Positions 18,471 to 28,088 of a stretch of DNA of 64,000 bases are shown piece after piece (position 1 is the stretch's first letter; the number at the start of each line of letters is the position of its first letter). The DNA is from Oligoflexus sp. (GTDB lineage: Bacteria; Bdellovibrionota_B; Oligoflexia; Oligoflexales; Oligoflexaceae). Below the pieces are notes generated by a model. The model was not told the origin of the DNA. It worked only from the letters and a program-made list of their open reading frames with translations, and did not search any database. The translations under genes and the position numbers were made by a program. The DNA lies in assembly GCA_041736305.1 (NCBI GenBank), contig JBGSTX010000025.1, positions 493 through 64,492 of the forward strand, given 5' to 3'.

Positions 18471-19724
18471 ATGAACCCTTGGGCATCATTTCTCATAGCC
18501 GTCTCTATCCCGACATCACTCTTTGCCAAAGAGCGTGTAGTCCTGAAATACGATGAGCTTCCAAAACTCATCCAAAACAGCAGTCTAGATCTCAAGGCGG
18601 CCGGTCTTCTTATGGAAGCAACTTCAGCCAGACAAGGATCAGCAAGACGGGCGAGCTATCCCCGTTTAGATTTAGAATCCGGTCTACGGGGGGTCAGAGA
18701 GCTCGATGGCTCTGGGGATAACGCTCCTTTCTTCAAAGTCGAAGGAAGCGTGAATCTCTATCGAGGTGGACGTGATGCACTCATGGATAGCCTGCAAGAA
18801 AAAGAAACAGCGATCAGAAAGGAAGAAGCTCAGCTGGTGTTCAAGAACCAGCTCCTGCTCGCACGAGAAATTTTCGTCAAGCTGGCGTCAGTCCGGGCAC
18901 TTAAAAAAGCGTGGACCGACGCCATGAAGGTCGTCGAAACGAAGAAGAAGTCATCTCGAATGAAATTCAACGCAGGACTTACGACCAAAACCGACCTGCT
19001 CGAATTCGAGCTTCATGAGTCGTCGCTCAAGAGGGAAAAGAGAAATCTCGATAAAGACGAGCATGAATTAAGCAATAAGATGCTGATTCTGCTCGGCCTG
19101 AGCGAGGATGTGGAAATTTCGCTCGATCGGGTATTTTCTCATCCCCCTGAGCCAAAGGAAGCTGCCTACCGACTAGCTGCAGAAAGTCATCCTCTGGTCA
19201 GGAAGCTCGCCTTGCAGGCTGATCAGGCCCAGCTTATGGCCCGTTCAAAGCCATCCAGGTGGACACCGGAAATCAATTTTTTTGCGGCATATGAGCAGTT
19301 TCTAGAGGGCGACAGGGATGTCCCAGGAGCTTTGCCAAAACGAGATTTCACTGCAGGTCTAAGAGCCAGTATTCTGCTTGGCGATAATCTGAGCCTGAAA
19401 AACGAAGCCTTCGCCAAAGGCTTGGAAGCCTCAGCCTACGGACTACAGAAGCAGCAAAGTGCCAGACAAGTTGAAGCCCATCACCACGAGTTTTTACATG
19501 ATATGCACGTCCTGCACGAGCTCATTCATGATTCTGAGAGCCAGTTGCAAAAAGCTGAGCGTTTCCTAAAGCTGACGAGCGAAGAATATGAGCGTGGGCT
19601 TAAGAACGGACCTGATGTGCTGGAAGCAAGTAGGACGCTTTACACAACGCAGGTGGAAAACATTCAGTTAATCTTTGATTACTATCTGGCCGAAGCCGGG
19701 ATTTCCAGCTTAATCGCCGAATGA
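18471..19724 (+). CDS. TolC-family outer membrane efflux factor
   Basis: Signal peptide, two-fold repeated helical OEP architecture, 417 aa, located 21 bp after the preceding gene with an AAGGAAG RBS. Confidence 0.75.
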   Translation: MNPWASFLIAVSIPTSLFAKERVVLKYDELPKLIQNSSLDLKAAGLLMEATSARQGSARRASYPRLDLESGLRGVRELDGSGDNAPFFKVEGSVNLYRGGRDALMDSLQEKETAIRKEEAQLVFKNQLLLAREIFVKLASVRALKKAWTDAMKVVETKKKSSRMKFNAGLTTKTDLLEFELHESSLKREKRNLDKDEHELSNKMLILLGLSEDVEISLDRVFSHPPEPKEAAYRLAAESHPLVRKLALQADQAQLMARSKPSRWTPEINFFAAYEQFLEGDRDVPGALPKRDFTAGLRASILLGDNLSLKNEAFAKGLEASAYGLQKQQSARQVEAHHHEFLHDMHVLHELIHDSESQLQKAERFLKLTSEEYERGLKNGPDVLEASRTLYTTQVENIQLIFDYYLAEAGISSLIAE

Positions 19725-19733
19725 GTAACGATA

Positions 19734-20525
19734 TCAACTCGACGCCGATTCATAAGATTTCAAGCCCTTCTGCCAAGCGAGACCTATGAGCAGCCAGACC
19801 AGCAATAGGCTCACACCAGCTCCCACTAAGCCCTTCCAATCGCCAGGGTCAAAGAGAAAGCGAACGGGAGCGCTGCCTACCAAGAGTATCGGCACTGCAA
19901 ACGTGAAAAGGCGACGCCCAAAATCCTGGTAGATGAAATCGGGCCAGCGGGCTATCTGCTGCAACTGCATCCTGAGGAAGTTGATGCCAAAGGACTCGAC
20001 GGTCCAGAACATGAGCATGCTGAAGAGGATTTCGATCGAAGTCAGGAGCAGAAGCGAAAGCAGGACCAGCAGAGGCAAGAGCAGCCAGGAGGCCCAGCTC
20101 AAATCTACCTGCCGCCCAAAATAGATCAAGCATCCCCAAGGTGTAAAAAAGTTGATTAGACTCGCAGGCCGGATTTGACGGGCAAATATTGAAAATAGAG
20201 TATTGAGAGGTCGCAGCAGAATGAAATCGAGTCGACCCGTGCGAAGATCAAAAGAGAAATCCCAAAAACTCTCGCTGACGAAGGTCATGTGCAGATGATC
20301 GACCGCCAGCATGAAAGCGATGAAGAACATAAATTGCGGCCGTCCCCAAGATCCTATGCGCGGAACATGGTCAAAGATGAAGTCGACCGAAGCGAGGAGA
20401 CTGAAGTAGAAGATCTGATCCATCACGATCAGGAGGACAAAGTGCAGCCTGAAGGAAGTGGCTGCCGCAAAGCAGTTGCTGACGAACATAGAGTAGACCG
20501 CTAGATAGCGACGCAAAGTTCTCAT
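19734..20525 (-). CDS. ABC-2 type transporter permease
   Basis: Six hydrophobic segments. It is the last gene of the ATPase-permease-permease operon. Confidence 0.55.
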   Translation of the reverse strand: MRTLRRYLAVYSMFVSNCFAAATSFRLHFVLLIVMDQIFYFSLLASVDFIFDHVPRIGSWGRPQFMFFIAFMLAVDHLHMTFVSESFWDFSFDLRTGRLDFILLRPLNTLFSIFARQIRPASLINFFTPWGCLIYFGRQVDLSWASWLLLPLLVLLSLLLLTSIEILFSMLMFWTVESFGINFLRMQLQQIARWPDFIYQDFGRRLFTFAVPILLVGSAPVRFLFDPGDWKGLVGAGVSLLLVWLLIGLAWQKGLKSYESASS

Positions 20526-20529
20526 CTTT

Positions 20530-21330
20530 TTACATCCCCGCTGCCGTGTAGAGGCGTATTCCGCGGATCCAGACCAGTCTGCAGATGAAAGAAGTGATGA
20601 GGAGCCAGCTTGAAACTATACCGAGGGCCTCAAGCAGGGATCCTGGATACTCTCCCATGAAGATCTTGATGGGAGCATAGGTCAAATACGGAAAGGGAGT
20701 CCACTTGAGAGCCGACACCAGCCAGGGAGGATAGATTTCAAGGGGTATGATGGCCCCGGATAGAAACTGAGAAATCGTCATAAACATCACGCGCAGTACC
20801 CAGGTTTCTTCAAGCCAAAATGCAGCTAAGCCTATGAGATAGCTGACCTGATACCAGAAAAATCCCATGAGTAGGGAGAAGAGGCTGCCACTGAGCAGAG
20901 TGGCCCACGACCACTGCTGCAAGAGACCCGACATTAACAGGACTACAAAGCTGAAAGCAGCCACCACACACTGGATACCTTGAAAAGCAATAAAGCTGGC
21001 AGTCTGGTAAGGCCAGAAGCCAAAAGGATAGATTAAGTAAGCCGAGATGCGGCCGAGACGGATATCTTCAGCCAGGTTCATGCTGTTGTAGCCCTGGACT
21101 AAAAAGCCAACTATAAGACCCCAGATTTGATAGTGCAGCATCTCCTTAAGACTATAGCCCTGAATACTAGTAATTCCCTCCAGGCTGTAGATCGCGGTCC
21201 AGAGGTTGTATTTGACGAAGAAAAAAACCAGCGTAGGGCCGATGACGAGCAGGAGAAAGTTGAGTTTATAGGCCAGGGTCTTACTCCAGGCAATCCGTAT
21301 GGTCGCCCACCACTTTGCCCATTCACGCAT
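20530..21330 (-). CDS. ABC-2 type transporter permease
   Basis: Polytopic membrane protein. The 8-bp overlap with the upstream ATPase gene indicates an operon. Confidence 0.55.
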   Translation of the reverse strand: MREWAKWWATIRIAWSKTLAYKLNFLLLVIGPTLVFFFVKYNLWTAIYSLEGITSIQGYSLKEMLHYQIWGLIVGFLVQGYNSMNLAEDIRLGRISAYLIYPFGFWPYQTASFIAFQGIQCVVAAFSFVVLLMSGLLQQWSWATLLSGSLFSLLMGFFWYQVSYLIGLAAFWLEETWVLRVMFMTISQFLSGAIIPLEIYPPWLVSALKWTPFPYLTYAPIKIFMGEYPGSLLEALGIVSSWLLITSFICRLVWIRGIRLYTAAGM

Positions 21331-22327
21331 GCTCAGACTCCCTTTGCAAAATCTTGGGATTTGCGAGCAAAGCGCTCATGACCCTTTCAATCGGCATTTT
21401 TTCCAGACTAAACTCGGTGACGGGATAGTCCTCTAAGACTTTGATCGCCAGCTCGCGCACCTTGTCTTCTGGGATGCGAAGGTCGACTCGGGTTCGACTC
21501 TCATTCCATTGGGGATCGAAACCTTCGCCAATCTTTTGCTCGCTTCCCAGAGGGTCTCGGAAGCCAATACTCAGCACCTTCTCTCGGCCCAAAATGTTCG
21601 CAAAGTCAGTGATTTTTCCGTCATAACGCTTCTCTCCGGCGAGCACCAGCACGATTCGCGAGCATAGGGCGTCTACATCGGCCATGTAATGCGAGGTGAG
21701 GATAACAGTGGTCTTGTTCTTCTGCTGATAGTCCGCGATGAAGTCGCGGATGTTGCGTTGAGCTACCAGATCGAGCCCGATGGTGGGTTCGTCGAGAAAG
21801 AGCACGGAGGGCTGATGCAGAAGGCAGGCCATCAGTTCCATCTTCATGCGCTCGCCCAAAGAGAGCTTGCGGACGTGCACCTTCAATAGAGGCTCTACTT
21901 CGAGGAGGCTACTCAGCTCATTTAGGCGTCGTTTAAAATCTGCATGGGGAATTTCGTAGTATTTCTGCAGAAGCAGGAAGGAGTCCATCGCGGGAATATC
22001 CCACCAAAGCTGCGATTTTTGACCCATGACCAGGGCAATTTTCTTGCGAAAACTTTGTTCGCGTTGAAAGGGGGTATGGCCGAAGACCTTGAGTTCGCCG
22101 TAGCTCGGTACGATGATACCCGTGAACATCTTCATCAAGGTGGTCTTGCCTGCACCATTCGGTCCCAAGAGGCCAATCATTTCGCCGGGCTCAATGCAGA
22201 GATCGAAGGCTTTGACGGCCGGCTTGATATCGTAGGATCGAGTGAAGAAAGTTTTGAGAGAACCCATCAGACCGGGCTCTTTCTTGAACTGCCGAAAGTC
22301 TTTGCCAAGTCCCCGACATTCTATCAT
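21323..22327 (-). CDS. ABC transporter ATP-binding protein
   Basis: Walker A GPNGAGKTT, signature LSLGERMK, Walker B VLFLDEPTIGLD, and H-loop TSHYM. Confidence 0.9.
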   Translation of the reverse strand: MIECRGLGKDFRQFKKEPGLMGSLKTFFTRSYDIKPAVKAFDLCIEPGEMIGLLGPNGAGKTTLMKMFTGIIVPSYGELKVFGHTPFQREQSFRKKIALVMGQKSQLWWDIPAMDSFLLLQKYYEIPHADFKRRLNELSSLLEVEPLLKVHVRKLSLGERMKMELMACLLHQPSVLFLDEPTIGLDLVAQRNIRDFIADYQQKNKTTVILTSHYMADVDALCSRIVLVLAGEKRYDGKITDFANILGREKVLSIGFRDPLGSEQKIGEGFDPQWNESRTRVDLRIPEDKVRELAIKVLEDYPVTEFSLEKMPIERVMSALLANPKILQRESEHA

Positions 22328-22476
22328 TCGTATCCGCCTTTTCTATTGGAATGGAAGGAGACAACGACTCTAACTATGCTGACTTCTTCGCATAGGCGCA
22401 TCAAAAAGCGATGGGGGCACCCAGCTAGGGATGCCTTCTCTCAGGTCGCCAATGATTGATGTTTTACAACGAATGA

Positions 22477-22504
22477 GCTAAGAAGAAAATCCATTCTTCT
22501 TAGC
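22477..22504 (-). terminator. Hairpin terminator after the molybdoenzyme operon
   Basis: Perfect 10-bp stem GCTAAGAAGA/TCTTCTTAGC with an 8-nt loop, located 33 nt downstream of the stop at 22537. Confidence 0.55.
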
Positions 22505-22536
22505 TTATTTCAGATAAGAGGTTCAACAAGTAGGCC

Positions 22537-24780
22537 TTAGTGTGAGCTGGAAATGAGTTTGTCTAAGGTAAAAGGCAGATCCCGCAGGCGCGTGCCTGTG
22601 GCATGAAAAATTGCGTTCCCTACCGCCGCAGAGACTCCGACGATTCCAATCTCGCCTAGGCCTTTGATGCCAAGAGGATTGACGATCTCGTCGTGCTCTT
22701 CGACGAAAATGACGTCGATGTCCTTAATATCAGCCTGTACAGGGATATGATACTCGGCAAAGTCATGGTTCATAAATCTCCCGATTTTATGATCCAGGTA
22801 TGATTCCTCGTGCAAAGCCTGACTGATACCCCAAACCACGCCCCCCAGGATTTGACTCCGGGCTGTCAGAGGATTAATGATCCTTCCTGCAGCCACGGCG
22901 CTTACCACGCGAGAAACTTCAACGGTTCCAAAGTCCTCATCCACTTTCACCTCGACAAAAAAAGCCGAGTGCGTGGCGCGTTCATGGCTCTCCTGCTTCG
23001 GAACATCGGGCATAGCTTTGAGCTCTTCCTGCAGGGACCCAACACCGGAATAGCTTAGAACCGAAGCGATCGAGAGCATCTGCGCGGGATTGGATTTCCG
23101 GTGCAAAAAGCCGTCAGCGAATTCCACGTCTTCATAGCTCTGTTCAGCAAAAGGGGAGCCTTCCATTTTTTTCGCCATTGCGAAGACCTTGTGGCGAATT
23201 TTCTCACAGACCTTCATCACGGCCGTGCCAACTGAGGAAGCGGTAAAAGATCCTCCAGAAAGAGGGGCTTCTGCCAGTGAGCTGTCTCCGAGCTTAAAGC
23301 TGACGGCATCGAGCGGCAAACCCAGAGTTGCAGCAGCGATTTGCGTCATGATCGTGTAAGTTCCCGTGCCGAAATCTGAGGTTGCACTGCTCACCACGAG
23401 CCGACCATCTCCATAGAGAATTGCTTCAGCGCTGGCCGGTCTCTGATAGGCCTCCCAAACTCCTGTCGCCATACCCCAACCGATAAGCTTGCGACCTTCG
23501 CGCATAGAACGCGCTTCCTTTTTACGTGCCTGCCAGCCGAAACGCGCCGCTGCCTGCTCGTAGCAAGCGAGTAGTTCCTTGCTGGAGAAAGGCTTATTTT
23601 TCAGGGGATGCTGCGTGGTGAAGTTCTTTATGCGGAATGCCAAGGGGTCAATTCCTGAGGCGACAGCCAGCTCATCGATTGCCGTTTCCAAGGCATAGAC
23701 GCCACTAGTCGCCCCCGGTGCCCGCATATCCAGGGGAGTATAGGTATCAAGGCGAGCGATTTTATGATCGAGCCTGATGTTGTCACATGCGTAGGTCATG
23801 CCGGACCAGCCGACGATTTGTTCGACATAATCTTCGAAATGCGATGTTTCCGAAATCGCCTCATGGGTGATTGCCTGGAGATTTCCTGCTTCGTCGGCAG
23901 CCATCTGGAGCTTCTGCAGACTGCGAGGTCGGTGTCCAAAGCTGAACATCTGCTGCCGCGAGAGCATAACGCGCACGGAGGACTGCAAATCGAGTGAGGC
24001 CATGACTGCGAGGAAGAGCTGGTATTGCGGGCGCAGACCAGAACCAAAGGCCCCACCGACAAAGGGCGAGAGGATGCGGACTTGATCCTTTTTGAGATTG
24101 AAGACATTGCATACATAGGTTTGACAGTTGAGGACACCCTGGGTCTTGTCGTAGATCGTCAGATGACCGTCATGGCTCCTGATTACCGTAGAAGCATGAG
24201 GCTCCATGGGGTTGTGATGCTGAATAGCTGTGCTGTAACGAGCCTCAATCTTATGCGGGGCTGCAGCATACGCCTCTTCTGGGTTCCCTTTGGGCTTGGG
24301 CGGCGGCTCGTAGCCTGATTTTGCACGGCCTGGTTGAAAGGCCTTTTCACGTTGTGTTTCAAGACTCGTGACGTGAGGCTCGACGCCATATTCCACTTCG
24401 ATGAGAGACGCCGCGTATCGCGCTGCATTGAGACTGTTGGCTACGACCAGAGCTATTGGCTGGCCACTGTAGAGGATTTTATCTGAGCCGAGCGGTCGGA
24501 ACGGGGAACCTTGGGGGCTGTCGTCGTCACGGTATTTCCGGTCAAACCAGGCAGTGTCGGGTCGATTTTCATGCGTGTAAATCTGCACTACACCCTGGAC
24601 GGAGCTAGCGATTGCGGTATCGATTTTGCGAATCCAGCCACGTGCAATACCGCTAGAGAGGACGTAGCCGTGCAGCAGTTCGTCCACTGCTACGTCGGCA
24701 GCATAATGGGCGCGACCGGTGACTTTGAGAGGACCATCCACCCGGGGTATCTCTTTGCCGATCAGTGATGAAGGATTCAT
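22537..24780 (-). CDS. Xanthine dehydrogenase/aldehyde oxidase family molybdopterin-binding subunit (PaoC-like)
   Basis: 747 aa. The N-terminal VDGPLKVTGRAHYAADV is typical of the family, and the gene sits in a 2Fe2S-FAD-Moco gene order. Confidence 0.85.
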   Translation of the reverse strand: MNPSSLIGKEIPRVDGPLKVTGRAHYAADVAVDELLHGYVLSSGIARGWIRKIDTAIASSVQGVVQIYTHENRPDTAWFDRKYRDDDSPQGSPFRPLGSDKILYSGQPIALVVANSLNAARYAASLIEVEYGVEPHVTSLETQREKAFQPGRAKSGYEPPPKPKGNPEEAYAAAPHKIEARYSTAIQHHNPMEPHASTVIRSHDGHLTIYDKTQGVLNCQTYVCNVFNLKKDQVRILSPFVGGAFGSGLRPQYQLFLAVMASLDLQSSVRVMLSRQQMFSFGHRPRSLQKLQMAADEAGNLQAITHEAISETSHFEDYVEQIVGWSGMTYACDNIRLDHKIARLDTYTPLDMRAPGATSGVYALETAIDELAVASGIDPLAFRIKNFTTQHPLKNKPFSSKELLACYEQAAARFGWQARKKEARSMREGRKLIGWGMATGVWEAYQRPASAEAILYGDGRLVVSSATSDFGTGTYTIMTQIAAATLGLPLDAVSFKLGDSSLAEAPLSGGSFTASSVGTAVMKVCEKIRHKVFAMAKKMEGSPFAEQSYEDVEFADGFLHRKSNPAQMLSIASVLSYSGVGSLQEELKAMPDVPKQESHERATHSAFFVEVKVDEDFGTVEVSRVVSAVAAGRIINPLTARSQILGGVVWGISQALHEESYLDHKIGRFMNHDFAEYHIPVQADIKDIDVIFVEEHDEIVNPLGIKGLGEIGIVGVSAAVGNAIFHATGTRLRDLPFTLDKLISSSH

Positions 24781-25772
24781 GATAGTGCCTCCTGGCCCAG
24801 GGCCTCTTCCAGAGCGCGGCCTATAGCGCGTCGGGCAAGAGGAATTTTAAATTCGTTGAAGGATAGTCCTTGAGCACCTTCAAGAATAAGATCTGCAACG
24901 GCGCGTGCATCAATGCTTTGGATCGAGCGATTTTCGAGCAAAGCTTCTGCCTCCGGACGCCGCCAGGGTTTATGGGCAACGCCGCCTAAAGCGATGCGCG
25001 CCTTCTGTATCACGCCTCCTTCGATATGGAGACCGACCGCAACGGACACCAGTGCGAATGCATAGGACTGACGGTCGCGGATTTTTATATAACTGAAGTG
25101 CTGCGCAAACCCCTGCTTCGGTAGTTCTACGGCCGTAATCAATTCCCCTGCTTGAAGATTATTATCGATCTCTGGAGAATCACCTGGCAAACGGTGGAAA
25201 TCGGCAAAGGGTATGAGGCGTTCACCGGCATCGGACACAACGCGAACCTCAGCTTCGAGAGCCGCGAGCGCCACACACATATCGGAGGGATGTACGGCAA
25301 TGCAGGACTCGCTTGCGCCTAGGATTGCATGGATGCGGTTGACGCCAGCTTTCGCAGCACAACCGGAACCAGGATTCCTCTTGTTGCAGGAGGTAGCGGT
25401 ATCGTAGAAATAATAGCAACGCGTGCGTTGCAGAAGATTTCCACCCGTCGTCGCCATATTCCGAAGTTGCGGCGATGCGCCGGCAAGGATGGCCTTCGCA
25501 AGCAGAGGATAGCGCGCTTCGATGAGGGGATTCCAGGCGACGTCGGCGTTGCTGACCAGAGATCCGATGCGGACTCCGCCGTCTTCACGTTCGCTGATTT
25601 CGTGCCAAGGCAGACCAACGATGTCGACTACGTGTTCAGCTTGCACAACATTGGCCCGCATGAGGTCGACGAGATTGGTTCCTCCGCCTATGAATTGGCT
25701 TTGCTGATGGGCTTTGAAGGCTTCGATAGCGCTGGAAATATCGGAGGCTCGCTCCAGGGTGAAAGGCCTCAT
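24777..25772 (-). CDS. FAD-binding subunit of the molybdoenzyme (PaoB / CoxM-like)
   Basis: FIGGGTNLVDLMR FAD-binding motif. It has 4-bp overlaps with both neighbouring genes. Confidence 0.85.
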   Translation of the reverse strand: MRPFTLERASDISSAIEAFKAHQQSQFIGGGTNLVDLMRANVVQAEHVVDIVGLPWHEISEREDGGVRIGSLVSNADVAWNPLIEARYPLLAKAILAGASPQLRNMATTGGNLLQRTRCYYFYDTATSCNKRNPGSGCAAKAGVNRIHAILGASESCIAVHPSDMCVALAALEAEVRVVSDAGERLIPFADFHRLPGDSPEIDNNLQAGELITAVELPKQGFAQHFSYIKIRDRQSYAFALVSVAVGLHIEGGVIQKARIALGGVAHKPWRRPEAEALLENRSIQSIDARAVADLILEGAQGLSFNEFKIPLARRAIGRALEEALGQEALS

Positions 25773-26314
25773 GAATGCTGCCCCTTTCCTTCGCTATGCA
25801 GCACCTTTTCGACTGCTGCGAGTATGTTAGTGTAGGCTCCACAGCGACAGAGATTGCCGCTCATCTGTTCACGGATCTCATCCTGGGTTTTAGCCCGCCC
25901 TTCGGCCAGCAAACCCATCGCCGAACAAATCTGTCCCGGTGTGCAAAACCCGCACTGAAACGCATCCGCTTCGATAAATGCCTCCTGCATAGGAGACAGC
26001 TGATCCCCCTGGGCCAAGCCTTCGATGGTGGTGACCGAGGCCCCATCCTGTAATGCAGCAAGGGCGAGACAGGAGTTGATGCGCCGACCATTCACCAGAA
26101 CAGTACAGGCTCCACATTGACCATGATCGCAGCCACGCTTGGTTCCCGTCAGACCCAAGTTCTCTCGTAGAGCGTCGAGGAGAGAAGTCCAGGGTTCGAC
26201 ATGGAGATGGGTTGCGACTCCGTTGACCTGCATGCGAAGTTCATGTGCAGTATCCGATACGGAACTACGATGCCAACTTGGTCCTTTAGCGTCTTCTGCG
26301 ATGGATGGATCCAT
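25769..26314 (-). CDS. (2Fe-2S)-binding small subunit of the molybdoenzyme (PaoA-like; no twin-arginine signal seen)
   Basis: Cluster motifs CDHGQCGACTV and CGFCTPG...CRCG. The N-terminus lacks an RR motif. Confidence 0.85.
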   Translation of the reverse strand: MDPSIAEDAKGPSWHRSSVSDTAHELRMQVNGVATHLHVEPWTSLLDALRENLGLTGTKRGCDHGQCGACTVLVNGRRINSCLALAALQDGASVTTIEGLAQGDQLSPMQEAFIEADAFQCGFCTPGQICSAMGLLAEGRAKTQDEIREQMSGNLCRCGAYTNILAAVEKVLHSEGKGQHS

Positions 26315-26638
26315 GAAAGCCTCCTGCTTTTTGGGTGAAATTATGAGTGCCGCAAGTGAAGAGTCTGCGTGATATTAACTGCACAATGAATGCAAGAGTG
26401 AGGCCAAGGTGGAGTGAGAAGGGGGAGCTGATAGAGCAGATCTTCTGCAAAAAACTCTCTTGCGGTCGATCTGGCAAAACCAGTCCGCTAAAAGTATTTT
26501 TTGTAGGTCAGAGGAACTGTGATCAAAGTGGACTATCTAGAGGAGGTTGCAAGCAGGATGGGAATGGGCAATTTGGCGGAAAAAATCTGCTCACCAGTGT
26601 TCTTGCCTTAAGAATTTTGCATCGGATAGAAGGAAGAA

Positions 26639-26666
26639 GGTTAGAAGCTGTTTGAACTTCTAGACC
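26639..26666 (-). terminator. Hairpin terminator after the SulP-CA/SPFH operon
   Basis: GGTCTAGAAG-loop-CTTCTAACC on the minus strand, followed by a T-rich TTCTTCCTTCT tract, located 10 nt after the stop at 26676. Confidence 0.5.
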
Positions 26667-26675
26667 TTCCGTTTT

Positions 26676-27116
26676 TCACTTCGTGGTTTTCGGCTGCAGG
26701 GAATCGCCCTTGGCGACAGGTTCACCTTCCGGAAGCTTGAGGAGCTGGATGCGACCTGCCTGATTCTGCAGTACCAGAGTCAAGGACTCGCCCCAGCCGC
26801 TGGCAAAGCTCTCCGCATCCTGCTGCTTAGCTTTTTTCTTGCCCGCCGTGAGCTGACAGGCCCATTGACCTGGATTCAGCCAAAGTCCATCGTTATAGTA
26901 GGCATCTCCCCAATCGTAGACACTCGTCTCGCCTGGATCGACAGACGCGGATTTCATGCTGATTTTCAAGTCTTTGCTGCTCTTATTCTCACAGCTGAGA
27001 GAGATGGCTTCAGTCGTATGGTTCCTGATAGTCCACTTAGTTGAAAGTGAGGCTCCCTGTGCCGTGGCCGAAAGGCCACAGCTGATGAGAAGACCTAAGC
27101 TGCTGAGAAATTTCAT
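26676..27116 (-). CDS. Small secreted protein of unknown function (last gene of the operon)
   Basis: Signal peptide MKFLSSLGLLISCGLSATAQG when started at 27116. The longer ORF would overlap the upstream gene by 20 bp. Confidence 0.5.
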   Translation of the reverse strand: MKFLSSLGLLISCGLSATAQGASLSTKWTIRNHTTEAISLSCENKSSKDLKISMKSASVDPGETSVYDWGDAYYNDGLWLNPGQWACQLTAGKKKAKQQDAESFASGWGESLTLVLQNQAGRIQLLKLPEGEPVAKGDSLQPKTTK

Positions 27117-27144
27117 GCTTAGTAAGTCCTGATAAGCTTTGAAA

Positions 27145-28086
27145 TCAGGTTTCATGCCAAGCATCTTTCTGGCCTTTAGCCTCTCCGGCCGAGAGTGGCT
27201 GCGGATACTTTGCTCCAGACGTCGCTCCTTCCATCAGGGGAATTGTCATGGCTGCCTCTGCAGCTGAGAGTTCCTGATTCGCAAAGCCATGAAAAGCCAC
27301 GGTTCGCTGAGGTTTTACGACTGAAAGATCGTAGAGTTCCTGATAAGCATTGAAGAGTTCTCCATTCTTCGCAAGCCGGTGATAGGCGCGACCCACGCCG
27401 AGAGCATACTGGCCACGTGCTTCAGCTACCAGGCTCGATATTTTCGAGGCAGTTTCGGCTTCGAGAGTTGCAGCCTCGAGTCTGCCCAGCTCCTCGATGT
27501 CGGCCGTAGCCTTCTCCAGGCGAGCTGCAACAGTATCGAAAAGCTGCTGAGAAACATCAGGAAGGAGGCTTAGTTTGCTGATGAAAACGAGATCGATCTC
27601 GAGACCCCAGCGGGAGGTTTCGGCACAAATATCTTCCTTCAGCGTCTGACTGAGTTCGATGCGGTTGCTCAGGATCTGGCTGAATTCGAAAGTTCCAAGA
27701 ATCGACGTCGTTGAGTTGGTGAGCAGACTTTGGAGAGCTCGCTCCCAATCTTCAACTTGGAAGATGGCCTTTTCGGGATTAGCGATACGGAACTCAAGCC
27801 ATAGGTCTATTACTACGGACGTGCCCCTGCAGTCGTTGACATGGATCGACTCATAGGTGCGAAAATCGCGTTTGAGGGACAGTTCACGCACCTGGCTCCA
27901 GGGCAGGATCTTCTCGGGCCAGAAATGCAAGCCCGGCTTGCGGATAAGCTTTACCATGCGACCAAAGCGCGAGACGATGAGCGCCGTTTCATCTTCGACG
28001 GTGAGAGTCATAGCCTTGGCTAAAGCTATCAGAACAGGCACGAGCAAGAGACCGCAGGCGAAAGCTGAAATAGTTGTGATATTCAT
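27145..28086 (-). CDS. SPFH/band-7 domain membrane protein
   Basis: N-terminal TM followed by VEDETALIVSRFGRMVK..PGLHFW, the characteristic SPFH start. It has a coiled-coil C-terminal part. Confidence 0.7.
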   Translation of the reverse strand: MNITTISAFACGLLLVPVLIALAKAMTLTVEDETALIVSRFGRMVKLIRKPGLHFWPEKILPWSQVRELSLKRDFRTYESIHVNDCRGTSVVIDLWLEFRIANPEKAIFQVEDWERALQSLLTNSTTSILGTFEFSQILSNRIELSQTLKEDICAETSRWGLEIDLVFISKLSLLPDVSQQLFDTVAARLEKATADIEELGRLEAATLEAETASKISSLVAEARGQYALGVGRAYHRLAKNGELFNAYQELYDLSVVKPQRTVAFHGFANQELSAAEAAMTIPLMEGATSGAKYPQPLSAGEAKGQKDAWHET

Positions 28087-28088
28087 GG

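Noticed and set aside
26315-26675. A 360-bp leader upstream of the molybdoenzyme operon, checked for a Moco riboswitch.
   Set aside because: I could not find the conserved Moco-motif elements. The part next to 26676 is explained by the terminator hairpin of the neighbouring operon.
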